DNA from: Macrostomum lignano
Lineage: Eukaryota
Assembly (NCBI GenBank): GCA_002269645.1
Contig: NIVC01000363.1
Location: 248,001 to 312,000 of the forward strand
Reading direction: 5' to 3'
Length of the DNA: 64,000 nucleotides
Under the pieces are notes generated by a model, which was not told the DNA's origin, did not search any database, and saw nothing but the letters and a program-made list of their open reading frames with translations. The translations under genes were made by a program, and so were the position numbers. Shown here piece by piece: positions 26,151 to 39,778 of this stretch (its first letter is position 1; every line of letters begins with the position of its first letter).

Positions 26151-26741
26151 GTAGGCTAGTCCTTTTATCAACTGCATCAAACCATTCTCTAAAGTAAAAC
26201 AATAAACGTGTTTTACTACCGTATACGTAAAGGCCTTAATTGTGCGCGATTTGTATTTGTAATCTGTGAATCTTGATTTATAGCATTATTGTACGCCTGA
26301 GTAAAAACTGGAAATCTGATTGCAAACGCATGGCAAAAAATTTATTGAAATGCTGATAAAAATTATCTGATTTTGCTTTTTAGACTACCTTCTTACAGAT
26401 CCTCGAGCTATTTTACCTTTCTAAACAAAAATGCTATGTCGTTTACTATACCTGAAGAGTAACAGTAACCTGAAATTAGTATCTTGTTTCTTTGCAAAAT
26501 TGCAGTATACGAATTTTAGCGACCTTATTTTCGTTCTAACTCGATCCATGATTCCTTTCTATGCACAAATAAAGTCGAGTCACATCTACAACTATCGCCA
26601 CCAAAAACTAAGGATTTTAGAGTTTCTTGCTAAAAAGCTCAAACTGTTAACTTATCTCTTATTCATTTTTCTGTCTCTGAAAATGCACAACAACTGGCAG
26701 CTTTCTGAATTTTGTATTCCAGCTTAAATCGCCAACACAAG

Positions 26742-28954
26742 ATGACGACATCATCGACCATCATTCAAGTGAGCCAGCCCAACGAAAACGATGTCACAAT
26801 CCGAATTGACCTGACATTTCGCAATGGCCAGGCTCCCGTCACAATGCACCAGCAGATTCTGCAGCCACAGCAGCAGCATTCAGTCCAGCAGTCGCAGCCG
26901 CAGCATTCAGTTTGGCAGCAGCAGCAGCCTCCAAGCCAGCAGTCCCAGCAGTTGTCGGCAGCTGCTCAGATCGAACAGCTGATGCGCAACATGAAAAGCT
27001 TGGATGTCAGCCGTGACGTGGCATCACCAGCCGCACCACCTGGCCGTCGGGCCGCCCAGCTTCTTGCCAGCATCAACTCGCAGCCGATACCGAAGCTGAA
27101 CTTTGAGAACCGGCGCAGGAAGGCCGCCGAAGCTGCCGCCGCTGCCGACGCTGCTGCCGGAATCGACAGATCTCAGACACAGGTAACTTCCCTGACCTCA
27201 GTGCATCCTGCTCAAAGTGTGCACTTGCGAATGCGATCCAGTGTAACTTCCTTGAGCTCAGTGCATCCTGCTCAAAGTGTGCACTTGTGAATGCGATCCA
27301 GTGTGACTTCCTTGAGCTCAGTGCATCCTGCTCAGAGTGTGCATTTGTGAATGAGATCCAGTGTGACTTCCTTGAGCTCAGTGCATCCTGCTCAAAATGT
27401 GCATTTGTGAATGCGATCCGGTGTGACTTGACTTCCCTGTGGTCAGTGCATGCTGCTCAAAGTGTCCATTTGTGAATGCGATCCAGTGTGACTTCCTTGA
27501 GCTCAGTGCATCCTGCTCAAAGTGTGCACTTGTGAATGCGATTCAGTGTGACTTCCTTGAGCTCAGTGCATCCTGCTCAGAGTGTGCATTTGTGAATGCG
27601 ATCCAGTGTGACTTCCTTGAGCTCAGTGCATCCTGCTCAAAGTGTGCATTTGTGAATGAGATCCAGTGTGACTTCCTTGAGCTCAGTGCATCCTGCTCAA
27701 AATGTGCATTTGTGAATGCGATCCGGTGTGACTTGACTTCCCTGTGGTCAGTGCATGCTGCTCAAAGTGTCCATTTGTGAATGCGATCCAGTGTGACTTC
27801 CTTGAGCTCAGTGCATCCTGCTCAAAATGTGCATTTGTGAATGCGATCCGGTGTGAATTGACTTCCCTGTGGTCAGTGCATGCTGCTCAAAGTGTCCATT
27901 TGTGAATGCAGCCCAGTATCCAGTCTCAACAACGCCCCATCTCCTTCTCCAGGTCATCGGCATCCCCGATGTCCTCGACAGCGATGACTGGCAGGCCTCG
28001 GGTTCCGACGATGACGCGGGCGGCTTGGACAGCAGCCGCAGGAGCAGCCAGCAGCTGTACCTGCCGAAGGCTCCGCCGCATTCCATTGACCCACAGACCA
28101 CGACGAACTTTTCCAAACTCGCCAGGGGCTGCGCCGAAGGCAGCGACGATGACGACGACATCCTGCGCGAGCTCGAGGACGGAGACGGCTACAACCGCGG
28201 CGAGGTGCCGGACCGGCGACGCCGCCAGCTGAGCTCCACAACAACCACAACCTTGGCACCTTCGCCCTACTCATCGAACGCCTCCCCGCCAGGATTTCAG
28301 GTCCACACGCCGCCCAGCCACGAAGAGCATCAGCAGGTGCAGTGGCCGCCGCAGGCAGCTCACGTAGTCAGGTAATTCAGCACCATTGATTGCACAAAAC
28401 CGTGAGCACAGAGCACACTGCATCAAGCTTGTCACTTCATTCCCACACCCGAATTCAGGCAGCAGCACAGCATGACCGTCAATGCTGAGCCACCGGTGCA
28501 GCAGCAGCAGCCTCCGGTGCCTCCTCAGCCCGCCGCGCCTGAGAAGCGCAAGCGCGGTCGACCGAGAAAGTTCGACACCGGTGCTGCCGCCAATGGCAGC
28601 TCAGCAACTGTTGCTGGGGCCAGCGCCCAGCAGCCTCAGCAGCTGCATCTCCTTCAGCCAAGGCGTCAGGCTGCGATTTTTCTGGGAGCTCAGCGAGGCA
28701 GCTCTGCGGCTGCGGACTTCGTCTGCAGTGAGGCTCTCCGGCTTTGCTTGTTTGAGATGAAATTGCTGAGTATTGGGACTATGAGCTGCTTTTATACTTA
28801 ATTCCTCACTGACTTTACCTGCACAGGAGAAGAGCTGCAGGAAGCCCGGCGTGTGATCGGGAACCTGGCGTACGGAGAGCTGACTCAGAAGAATGAGCAC
28901 GGAGAGCTGTGAGTATCCTGTCTGTCAGTCTGTGTGTCTGTCTGTCAGTCTGTG

Positions 28955-29025
<71 letters not shown>

Positions 29026-29062
29026 GTGTGTTAGTGTCTATCTGCCTGTCTTAGTGTCTTAG

Positions 29063-29101
<39 letters not shown>

Positions 29102-29159
29102 GTGTGTTAGTTTCTATCTGCCTGTCTTAGTGTCTTAGTGTCTGTCTGTCTGTCTGTCA

Positions 29160-29225
<66 letters not shown>

Positions 29226-31691
29226 AACCCCACCTCCCACATCCCAGGCTGGTCCACAAGCTGGCTCGCGAGGGCAACTGGCCCAAGGTGGTGGCCTTCA
29301 ACCAGCGCCAGCTCAGCAACCCGTCCTTCGGCGACCTCTTCGCGGGCATCAACACCCCCGACAGCTTCGGTCGGACGGTTCTTCTAGAAGCGGTGCAGCA
29401 GCAGAACGCCAAAGCCGTGGCCTACTGCTGCCTGTTCACCAGCAGCTCCGATCGGCTGCTGCTGCCCGCGCTGGCCGAGGCCGCCCTGCTGCCCGCGGCG
29501 GATGAGGAAATTTTCCTGACCGTCCTGACCACCCTGTGCCAGGACTTGGACGTGAACGGTGAGTGGCTGCCTCAGGGGTCCTTGGTCTCACAGCTGAAGT
29601 GGCTGTCTCAGGGGTCCTTGGTCTCACAGCTGAAGTGGCTGTCTCAGGGGTCCTTGGCCTCACAGCTGAAGTGGCTATCTCAGGGGTCCCTGGCCTCACA
29701 GGTGTAGTGGCTGTCTCAGGGGTCCTTGGCCTCACAGCTGAAGTGGCTGTCTCAGGGGTCCTTGGCCTCACGGCTTAATGCAATCTCATTGTAAAATGAC
29801 GTTGCAAAAATGAAATTGCAAATCTTTCTTTTCTGCATTTTCATTTTTTTCTAGAATTTTCCGCGTGCGTGCATCTTTAATCTCCACAATTTATCGCCCT
29901 ACACCACGTGGCAACCGAAATAAATGCTAAAATGATGCTTTTTAATATCCTAATCCCGAATTCAACAACCAGCACAAGCAAAGTGCAGGTCGTGCAGATG
30001 CCAAAAATAGCAAAATTACCCTCCGGTTTTGTATTTTTGTTTATGTCGGGTTCTGAGAGTCTTCTGTTCTGTTCTGAGGGCCCCCAGCCAGCTAACGAAT
30101 GCGGTGACTAACAGAACCCAAGTGCTACCAGCCTCTCTCTCCCGCTGCCTCTCTTCCAGTCGCTATACATAAGAGACGCACATTTGTGCGGCCTTATCAG
30201 CGCTCCTATCCTTCTGCACTGCGGGGCTTTGTCAGACAGGGCCCCACCGTCTGTGCTGCCATTGGCTGAAAAATAGTCAAATATCCTTCTATTTCGAATC
30301 TGCTTTGCTCTCCTCTCCTAGCCTTTGCTGCGGCAGAAGCAACTCAACACTAAAGAAGGACGTTGCAGATTTTATAACCAATGCGAGTTTAAGTTTGCAC
30401 AGGAGTAAATTCAGTCAACTCAGTAAATAATATAAGGACATCCGGTTCCATATATGTCTCTGCTTTTATTGCCGCTCTGTTCGTATCTCAATCTTAGCTG
30501 CTCCACATCCGCCACCCACATGTTTGCAGAGCAGCTTGAGTAAGTGTGCCACACGCAATCCAAGCTTTGAATTCATAACGCAGACCGTCGGTCTCTCCTT
30601 CCATCTGTTTGATCTGCTCTTATGGCTGATAAAAATGAATTCAAATTTAGCCATTTAAGATTTAAGATGCTGACTCGCCTACTCACAAGTAGAAAGTAGC
30701 GCATATTCTCGCTAAATGCTCCAATGCACCAAAACCAACCGAAACAGGCAATCCAGTGCTGAAGGCTTGCAACAAAGACATCGACTCCGAACTCAGCTGG
30801 GGTGTCAGCAGCAGACTCTGGCGGTTCAGCGGGCTGACTCTGCTGCAGCTGCTGAGCATTCAATCCTACGATGAGCATTCGCATTCCCGTCTGAGCAAAC
30901 TGAGTAGCTGCGGTGCAGACCCTCGGCGGCCTGTCAGTCGGATTGCCGCTCCGGAGTTCAGACCGTTCTCCAACTGCCCGCAGCTGGCTGCCAGGTTCTC
31001 TCCTGATCCCCTGGGATGCCTGCAAGCCCTGGGGCTGACCACGCCAAGGGCTGTTCCGATTCTTCAGGGCACACAGCTGACCTTCAGCTGGGACACGGAC
31101 TGTCACGTGTCCCACAGCTGCGCTAAGATCATCGCTTGTGAGTTCTGGTTGGACTACTCAAACCATTGATGAATGCATGCAGTTTGTATTGACCTGGACT
31201 GAGTATAATGCCTTTGACCTTAGCTGACCGCCTGCCCGCCCTCAAACCATTGATGAACTCATGCAGTTTGTACAGACCTGGACTGAGTATAATGCCTTTG
31301 ACCCTAGCTGACCCCCTGCCCGCCCTCAAACCTTTGATGAATGCATGCAGTTTGTATTGACCTGGACTGAGTATAATGCCTTTGACCTTAGCTGACCGCC
31401 TGCCCGCCCTCAAACCATTGATGAACTCATGCAGTTTGTACAGACCTGGACTGAGTATAATGCCTTTGACCCTAGCTGACCCTAGCTACCCGCCTCCCAT
31501 AGCTCGCACATACCTCTCAGCAGTGACCCCCCTGCCCGCCTCCCACAGCTCGCACAGACCTCTCAGCAGGCTACAAAGAGTTGGCTCAGCGCAGACTGTC
31601 TGGCCCGGAGCTGCCCGAGCTGAAACTCGAAGACGTTGACCTGCCGACTGTGGACGAGTTTTACAACATGCTGAAATCCTTCACCGCCTGA
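26742..31691 (+). CDS. About 677-aa Q-rich protein with an AT-hook and degenerate ankyrin repeats (IkappaB/Bcl-3-like); exons 26742-27182, 27953-28371, 28459-28727, 28827-28908, 29248-29558, 30748-31137, 31570-31691
   Basis: Seven exons join in frame through canonical GT-AG sites (phases 0,2,1,2,1,1) for 2034 nt including TGA. Contains KRKRGRPRK (AT-hook core RGRP) and ankyrin-like units TQKNEHGELLVHKLAREGNWPKVV and INTPDSFGRTVLLEAVQQQNAKAV. Confidence 0.75.
27183..27911 (+). repeat. 60-bp minisatellite (about 12 copies) starting at the GT of intron 1 of the ankyrin gene
   Basis: GTAACTTCC at 27183 and 27243, GTGACTTCC at 27303; a variant unit carrying an extra GACTT recurs. Confidence 0.95.
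28917..29224 (+). repeat. (TCTG)n compound microsatellite in intron 4 of the ankyrin gene
   Basis: Direct observation. Confidence 0.95.
29560..29775 (+). repeat. 36-bp minisatellite (about 6 copies) overlapping the intron 5 donor
   Basis: GAAGTGGCTGTCTCAGGGGTCCTTGGTCTCACAGCT repeats; the first copy begins inside GTGAGTGGCTG. Confidence 0.9.
31157..31480 (+). repeat. 84-bp tandem repeat (about 4 copies) in intron 6 of the ankyrin gene
   Basis: CTCAAACCATTGATGAA...CCTGCCCGCC unit repeated, with two alternating variants. Confidence 0.9.
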
Positions 31692-32765
31692 GCCTGCGTG
31701 GCCCAGCTTCATTATTTACATTTTCGTTTTGCGTATTTCTGTTCATATCCGAGACTGACTTTGGAAAGTGCAAAAAACTGATTACGTCTTGCAAATTTAA
31801 CGATTTTCATACCTTGCATATCTTGTGACGCGATCCAACCAGAGTCTAATTCTTTTCGCTGTTTGGGAGTTTTTGAAACACGAATCCTATTCGTAGACAG
31901 GGTTTAAATCAATTATTATAATACAATCTTTAACCTTGTACGTTCAAAACTGATTTAGCAAAATTTTATGCGCCATGAATATTGATATTTTAATTAAGAA
32001 AATAATCTACTTTATTTTATTACTTAATCTACTTTTTCTCAGACGCGCAACTTTACCGCAGTGATATTTTAGTTGTTTTGCAATGGTTTGTTTATAAGCA
32101 ATTCCTTAGGGCAACCCTTATCACTGAATTATGGATATTAAAATCTGTTACCTGTTAAGATAAAGACTCAAGCTATATATGCGATAGCACTATTACCAGA
32201 TTCAACTAAACAGCAGATTTTAAACATTTTTAAAATACCGTAGAACCATCTAAAATATGTGCAAATACTAAAATGCTAATTTTGGGTTTGCTGCAGAATT
32301 GTTTTTTCGTTTCGTGTTCCCATCGTACGCACTGCTGCACGATAATAATGACATTATATTCTTGCTGGCAGACGAACTGACAGTAGACCTCTACAATGCA
32401 CTAATCGCTGCCATCTTTGCATCAATGGTAAAAGAAATCAGTCTATAAACTTCTATATTTAGTTCAATACCGCGGTCATGACGGAAGGTTTTACCGATAC
32501 ATATACTGCATGTACATGTACTTCGATTTCAAAATGACGTCCAATTAGTCAATAGGAGACTAATTGATCGATAGCAGATTTACTTGACGAATATTTAATT
32601 GGGCTTCTCTTATTGTACAGTGTAGTGTAGTACATGCATGTAAATACTTTCTTACCTGGGAGGGGTCACTCCTCACTCGACCCAGTACGCTCATACATGT
32701 AACTTTGCCTGGCTTCTATATATATTTAAATGTAACTTCATCACGATATTTATATACACATGTAC

Positions 32766-32940
32766 CAAGGACTACTCAAGTAGAACGAGGGGACTCTATG
32801 TTTAGGAGACAGGTTTTACTTAAAACCTCCATTCTCTGCAATTTATCTTTCGGTAGAACCTGCTTTCCCTAAAAATTTCCAAGAAACGTACATGGTGCAT
32901 GTAAAGTATAAATTCCCACCTTCTACTTGAGTAGTCCTTG
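32766..32940. mobile_element. 175-bp MITE-like element with perfect 20-bp terminal inverted repeats
   Basis: CAAGGACTACTCAAGTAGAA (32766-32785) is the exact reverse complement of TTCTACTTGAGTAGTCCTTG (32921-32940); there is also an imperfect inner inverted repeat. No TSD evident. Confidence 0.55.
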
Positions 32941-34252
32941 AATGTGCCTGTGCAGTGTGTAGATATGAATTACATTAAATGTAAACAATCATACCTGGAT
33001 GTTGTCAAGGTTGACGCCCGCCTTGATTTTTGTACGCTCGCACATGCATACGCGTGCATTGTAGACCGATTACAAATGTAGTTGTACTGCACAATTGGAT
33101 CATGTACAAATTAAGAGGCTATTGTGAACCTAATTAGTCAATAGAAAAACTGCAGTTCTATAGATTTTTGTTTTTTTTGTACCGTTAGTGCTCAGAAAAA
33201 ATGTCTTTACGCTGCAAATTTGTTTTATTATGTTATAGAGTTAGAGTTATTTCAAAGTCGCCTACATGCAACATTTTAATACGATATAGTTAAGTTAGCC
33301 AAACTTACTGTTACTACTACTACTACTACTATTTTAATTACCATGACGCCACAGCGGCCACATGTACGTATAGGGGTGTATGGGTGCAGGTTTATGTCGT
33401 AGTATTCTAGGCTTTGAATTAAAGTTAGCCATAATTTTTTCCTATATGCCTGAAATACAAGGGTGCCACCTGTACAAACAGCGTCTGAGTTTCCTTAAAC
33501 TAGGTCTATATCTAATAATTGCAATCTAGGCCCTACACAAATCTGCAGATATCACATTATTACTAGGCCTATCTTAGGCTATCTGCCTATATCAGCTCAG
33601 TTCAAAATTAGAGCTGTGATATTAGCTTTTTAGTCTGTCCACAATTTGAGGCCTAATGGGTGCTCTTACTAAGAGCTCTTAGAGTTTTCCTACCCCCTGC
33701 ATATAGGATAGGGGGCCTAAGGGCATAGCATCAGCATGATGGCATCAGCATGTCAGTGATGTCACAGGTTTTAGGGAAAACTTTTGGCATAGGACATAAT
33801 GATATTATTATCAACAGTAAGCCTACCTACTTGACATTGACAGTGGTGGCCTGTGGCCAGCCTAGTATGAAAATTTCTTGCAAATCCTTAAAAATTATAT
33901 GATAGAATAGTTATTCAGGCCTAGATTTGAGAGTCAGGGCAATGCAAGTGCTTAATTTTTTGGTGTGCATTTGTAGGCCTAGGCTATCTATTGTCTATCT
34001 ATTCAATTTTTGTTTAGGTGTAGGCCTATATCCAGCATGCTCTGGACTAGGCCTATGACCTCAATCAGTTTTCTTGTATCTTTTATTTCAGAATAGTCCA
34101 AGAGAAATTGCTCATTGGTGCATAAAGTAGTGACTTTTCAATTTTGCAAAGTATACTTTGTCCAAATTTCGTATTTAACTTAACTTTTTTAATAAAATTG
34201 GCTAAGCTTATTGACATAGTCTATTTTTATTAAAAATATACATTTTAAACTT

Positions 34253-34287
<35 letters not shown>

Positions 34288-34717
34288 AATAAGTGCTAAA
34301 TAGTATTAAGTAGGATTTATATTCTTATTTAGGCCTAGCCCTAGCCTAGCATAGCCCAAGGCTTAGAATGTATACATAAGGGCCTATGCAATTTATACCT
34401 TAGAGTTAAACTGCTAGGCCTAATTAAAGTAGCCAGTAGCTTTAAGTCTAAAAATTTGAGTCATACTTTTCTATGTAGTTGCGACTCAGCTAGGACTAGG
34501 CCTATATATTTGTCTTATATTTTTGGTAACTTGCTGATCCTATTAGCAAACGATTCTATAAGATAATCTTTTATACTTACTAGTAAATTGCGGAACTTAA
34601 TTTAGATAAGTTATTATAATACTTTTCATATAGTTAGTTCTTTTATCTTTGGGAACAACCAGTATTTTTTACTGATTAAGAGCTAGTGCATGTTATTGCT
34701 AAACTTTTCATTTGTAA

Positions 34718-36743
34718 TAGGGGTCCCAAATCCTGGACATTTTATAATCCTGGACAAAAAAATTGACCCAATCCTAGGATCCTGAGCCAATCCTTGGATT
34801 GAATAAACAACTTGATGGGAAGCTTTCCATTGCCCACAAAACAAATTTCTCAACTAATTTGAGCATCATTTGGGTTTCTACTTTCTATTCTAGCTTATAC
34901 TGCATTGATATTGATAAAAAAGTTAAGTTATTTTATTTCATTTCACTTATCCTTGGTCACTCACTTATTCCTTGTAAAATTGTCACATTCATTCCTATTT
35001 CAACTATCCATCAATGCAATATATTTTTTTTATTGCAAATCATGCAATGCAATACAAGTTCCAGGCTACCAGCAGCAGTAATTGAAATTTGCAACTGCAC
35101 TGTTTCTATGACTTTCAACTCTGGCAAGTGACAATGACAGGTGACAGTTCAATTGTAAAAATTATGAGCATTCACAAATTGGGGTTGTTGCAACAGCACA
35201 AAAAGCCATGAATGAATTGCAAGTTGTCTATATTGTTGCTTATTCTACATGACGTTGGCACTATAGCAGTCAGCAACGCAAGCTTTGTCTGGTCTAGTTA
35301 GCAAAGTGGGCTCTTAACAGGGCAAGCTTGGAGAGTGTCGTGTTGCTCAGCTTGGACCTCACTTTTGTCAGGAGGATGCCTGCAGCAGAAAAGGCATGCT
35401 CAGCTTCAACACTGGTTGCTGGAATGGCCAACAATGATTAGTACAGCAGCTCTAGCATCTCCCCTTGCTGCCCTGTAGCCCGCAGGAATTCCAGCTCACA
35501 CCCAACCCTTGCCTCAATGGGATTTTTCCTATTCAGCACAACTTCTTGCCCTTGGCCTGAGTGCCAACCCTCTAATGGCAGTCACAGTTGTTCCTCCATT
35601 GTTGCCTGAGGTACGCTGCTAACGATCTCCTTGTTGGCTCCAATTTCCACGCAATCAGCTGCCTATGGATCTTTGCTGGCACTGGCGCTCAGGTTCAACT
35701 TGTCTGCCATCAAGACTAAAAGATACTTCGCAGCATTGAACTCAGAGATTGTCTTCGTCTGTCCGCCATGTGACCCCTAATTCACAGCAATGGTGATGCT
35801 GCTTCTTCGCTCGCTGATGCGACTCTCTAGCGTGTAGCCAAGCTGCTTGGACAGGGATGAGTCCAGTCCCTTCAGCTCTTCAATTGCGAATCCAACAGCA
35901 ACTTCAGCCATGCTCAGGTTGCAATCATGCCAGGACAATGTCTGGATGATCAGCTCCAGTGGTTTCAACACATCAGCTACTTCCTTTGCCTGCTTGACAG
36001 TCTGCTGCATAAATGGCAGTGGCATCTCTAAGCACACAAGTGCCTTGTGCACTTGTTTGTGTAGCAGGACAAAGCATTCCATTATTGACACAAGGGAGTT
36101 CCACCGCGTTGGTGTGTCAAGTAACAATGACAGTTTCTTTCCAAAATTCTCCTTCACAAACTTCTACAGCTTATCATTGCAAAAAGTGCTGGAGCAAAAC
36201 AGCTTCACCACTCTCCTGACAATCTTCACTATATTCAACAGTTCTATTGTCAAGGGCCTCGGAGGTGCAATTAGCTGATCAAAGTTCACTGCATCTGCCT
36301 CATCATTGTCATGCTCCTCCTCACTGACACTGTTGCTGTTGGTATTGCTGCCCTCAGTGTTGTGATGATGACTATCCCTATCAATGGCCTGCTCCTTCTC
36401 ACTTGATTGCTTGATGTACAGGATGTCGCAAACAGCAAGATGCACACCATGAGCATAGCACTAGCACAGTTGGTGCTCAAAATTGACTGACCCTCCACAT
36501 TAGCGAAGCTCCATCAGTGGTGCAAGCTGTGATGTCCTTAGCATTAAGCCCGAACTCGGAAATGCATTGCATCAACATTTCTTTGAGACAATCAGCTGGC
36601 AGTGATCCAGTAATTCGAACCAGCCCAAGATTGTAGATAGTGCACTCAGTGCACCGGGATCCCAGACCCCTAATCCCAAGATCCCGAACAGTAACAAAAA
36701 GCTGGGATCCTGGGAACTCAGGATCCCAGGATTGGGACCCCTA
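34718..36743 (-). mobile_element. Internally deleted hAT DNA transposon
   Basis: TIRs TAGGGGTCCCAAATCCTGG and CCAGGATTGGGACCCCTA; 8-bp TSD ATTTGTAA / ATTTGCAA (1 mismatch); transposase remnants inside. Confidence 0.9.
35310..36560 (-). pseudogene. hAT transposase pseudogene fragments
   Basis: Minus-strand motifs TTDGAS (about 36510-36530), CxAHxxHL (YAHGVHLAV), DTPTRWNS (35777-36157 ORF) and the hATC motif IPATSVEAEHAFSAAG (about 35380-35430), interrupted by stops and frameshifts. Confidence 0.85.
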
Positions 36744-39156
36744 ATTTGCAATAGTGGTTAAATGTACCAAGATAGTTTCATAAAGTCTGGCCTAAACTAT
36801 TTATGCCTGGCCTAAACTTGGCTCTCTTATTAGGCATGTACTGCTTAAAAAGCAGCATCTCTTTGTAGAAATGTGCAGCACTTTATCAATGGCAATGCTT
36901 TGACTAGGCAAGTAGCTGTTCTTACAAACTATCTAGATAATATCTAGGAATGGCCTTATATTGCACAAGGGATCATCAGTGTCAAAGTCAATAATCATAG
37001 CAATGCAGCAATGTCATTATCTGCTGAAACTGCAAGCAAGGAGCATCTTCATGCTTTAAAAATAGGGATGGAAGTAGAATAGGTCCTTTGACTAGTAAGT
37101 TGTCAGCTCCAGTTTTTGAACAACTCAAAAATGCAAATGCCAATCACCTTTGTCATCTCAGAAACAGTGCAGGGCTTCAAAGCTCTAAGTCTATAAACCA
37201 GTTTATTATTATTTTACTATTATCTCCATTTTCATCTAGCCATCATCCATATCAGCAAATGCAAAGAATCCCAGATTTACTCTACTTACCTCAAAGAACT
37301 TAGAGAAAGAATTAGATCAAGCATTGGTATTTGGAGTTATTGACTTTGGACTTATTGCTTGGTTCACTGTTAAGGTCCAAGTTTTGCTAGGCTTGCTTGG
37401 CTACTTCAGTGCTTATTGTCACTGTTTGACTGCTTGCATTATAAGATTTTGTAAGCTGGGATGGCAAACTAAGGAGGCACAAGTAAAAATTCTTTTATTT
37501 AACTTTTCCTGTCTATATTTTCTGTCTTTTGACTTTTTCTAGCTTGGTTATAGACAATTTTCTAGTCAAAAATGCTACTTCTCTTGTTGAAAAAGTGTTT
37601 TCTTACTTGTGCATTGCAGAATCGAAATTGTTTATGGTATGCATAGCTTGCCATAAATTTTGTAAGTTTGTTAGGCTGTATATATATGAAAAATATTTTA
37701 TAAATATTATGAATATTACTATATAATTATGTTTTAAATAGCTAATGTTTTAGTATAAATAATAGCAAGTAAACAAAAATCATAAACTTGACTTGTTTTG
37801 TTTTATTCACTCAAATACTTGAGCTCTTCAATCTCTAACTATACTACTTTAAGACCAAATTGATAAGTAGCCTAGGGCTAATAGTTATCTCAGTACCAGT
37901 TATTTGAGTAATAAATAGTAAATCAACAAATTCCCAAACTTTAAGAGAAATAACCATTTAGAAATGAGACATCTAGATTCAGAATCTAAGGAATTGCCTA
38001 AGTCAAAATAATTATTAAAATATGAGCTGTAACCTTCTAATCTTAGTAATGCCCAGACTGAGAGAAACCCTCAATAGGAGCACATTTCAAAATAGGGAAA
38101 TACATAGGCTAAGTAAGTGCCTAAAGACTACTCAGGCCAGTAATATATGATATGCTACTAGTGTATAATGCAGTGTTAAAAGTACATTTAAGTGTTACAT
38201 TAGAAGATAAAGAATCCTTACTACAACTTGATAGTATTTAGTAGGATTCCAAATTGAGTCAGCCCTGCAACAACTTTGGTAATAGTGGTAAGATGATTCT
38301 AAGAGATTACAGTAAACCACAATTTAGTAACATAGTGGGATAAATAACAAAGACCCTGTGACAATTATATTGCTTTGCTTCTAAAATACAAGTTATCTTA
38401 GCTTTTATTATATCTTTGGAAACAACTCAACCCCTATTTTTGTCTTTTAAATGTATTTAACTACCTTGTGAAGCCTATCTTATTATTCAAATGTTCTAGG
38501 CAAAAAATGTTCTTCTATCATCTAAATATATACCACATTGCAACACAAACCCAACCCTATCCTTTGTAGCGGGTGCTACAACTAAGAAAAAAAGGCAGAT
38601 AATTGCAGTGGGACTAAGTGTAAAAACAAGCAGTAGGAAATGCCGCTCTGGCTTCTTAGCTTAGCGCTGTAGAACTGTATTTCATCATTAATATCTGCCA
38701 TAGATAATACTCGTAGAAGCATACTTATATAAATCAATGACTGGGCAGTGTTGTAGTGTTATATCTACAACACATAGTGCTATACCTTCAACTGTGTCTT
38801 CTAAAACCTTTTTAAGTTCTATCCTTCAAACCATGCAAAAATTTCTTGTTCTTGAACTGTATCATTCAAGACAGGTTTTTGTCCTTGAAATAAATGTAAG
38901 AGTTAGCCTTTTTATAGATATTCCTAACACACACACACACACACACACTCAAATAGGTTAAACAGAATGAACCAATAACCTATGTTTCTATAAATAGGTT
39001 TTCTGTTTAACTTCTTAGCTTGTGCATTATTTTATTTAATAGTTCAATAGCTGGATTATATTCAGCCAAATTGAATTTGATGGTAATAAAATATTTTACA
39101 AATTCCATGCATTCTCACTAATCACTGCTGCTTATTGATCAGTAATCACCAACAAA

Positions 39157-39435
39157 ATGGAGGCAAAGCGCAAAACAACTGTTAGCAAAGCTATTAAACG
39201 CACAGAGGAAGCCAAATTGGAGGCGCTTAAAACGTTCAACCAAATGATTGAAGATGGCAACTTGGCAGTTAACGAGTTTAACCTCTGTGCTCGCCAGTGC
39301 GTCGAGGGAAAAACTGATATGCAATCTGTTGAGAGCCAGTTCTTAAAGGCTCAATCGATACTGTTGCAGCACACTGACTCGATGAATGAGGCTGCACTAA
39401 GATTTTCTAACGGCGCCTCCAACTTGAATTCATAG
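39157..39435 (+). CDS. 92-aa intronless orphan ORF, probably helical or coiled-coil
   Basis: Strong start context AAAATGG, AG acceptor 14 nt upstream, GC content and amino-acid usage distinct from the AT-rich flanks; no family recognised. Confidence 0.55.
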   Translation: MEAKRKTTVSKAIKRTEEAKLEALKTFNQMIEDGNLAVNEFNLCARQCVEGKTDMQSVESQFLKAQSILLQHTDSMNEAALRFSNGASNLNS

Positions 39436-39778
39436 CTTATCCACTCAAAGACCCATAGCTCTCACAGAACCATAGCTTATCCACTCAAAGACCCATAGCT
39501 TATCCACTCCAAGAACCATAACTCTCACAGAACCATAGCTTATCCACTCCCCCAGACCCAAAGCTCTCACAGAACAATAGCTTATCCACTCGTAGACCCA
39601 TAGCTCTCACAGAACCATAGCTTATCCACTCTCCCAGACCCATAGCATATCCACTCCAGGAACCATAGCTCTCACGGAACCACAGCTTATCCACTCCAGG
39701 AACCATAGCTCTCACGGAACCATAGCTTATCCACTCCAAGACACATAGCTCTCACGGAACCATAGCTTATCCACTCTC
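39431..39778 (+). repeat. About 40-bp minisatellite (CATAGCTTATCCACTC...CATAGCTCTCACAGAAC) starting at the orphan ORF stop codon
   Basis: The first unit includes the TAG of the 92-aa ORF. Confidence 0.9.

Noticed and set aside
27287-27780. Cys-rich ORFs (CDFLELSASCSKCAFVN) resembling metal-binding repeats
   Set aside because: Translations of the 60-bp intronic repeat; the host gene splices across it in frame.
27912-27952. Alternative acceptor GAATGCAG at 27911 for exon 2 of the ankyrin gene
   Set aside because: It gives a frame ending at a stop at 28232; the pyrimidine-rich acceptor at 27952 keeps the frame through all later exons.
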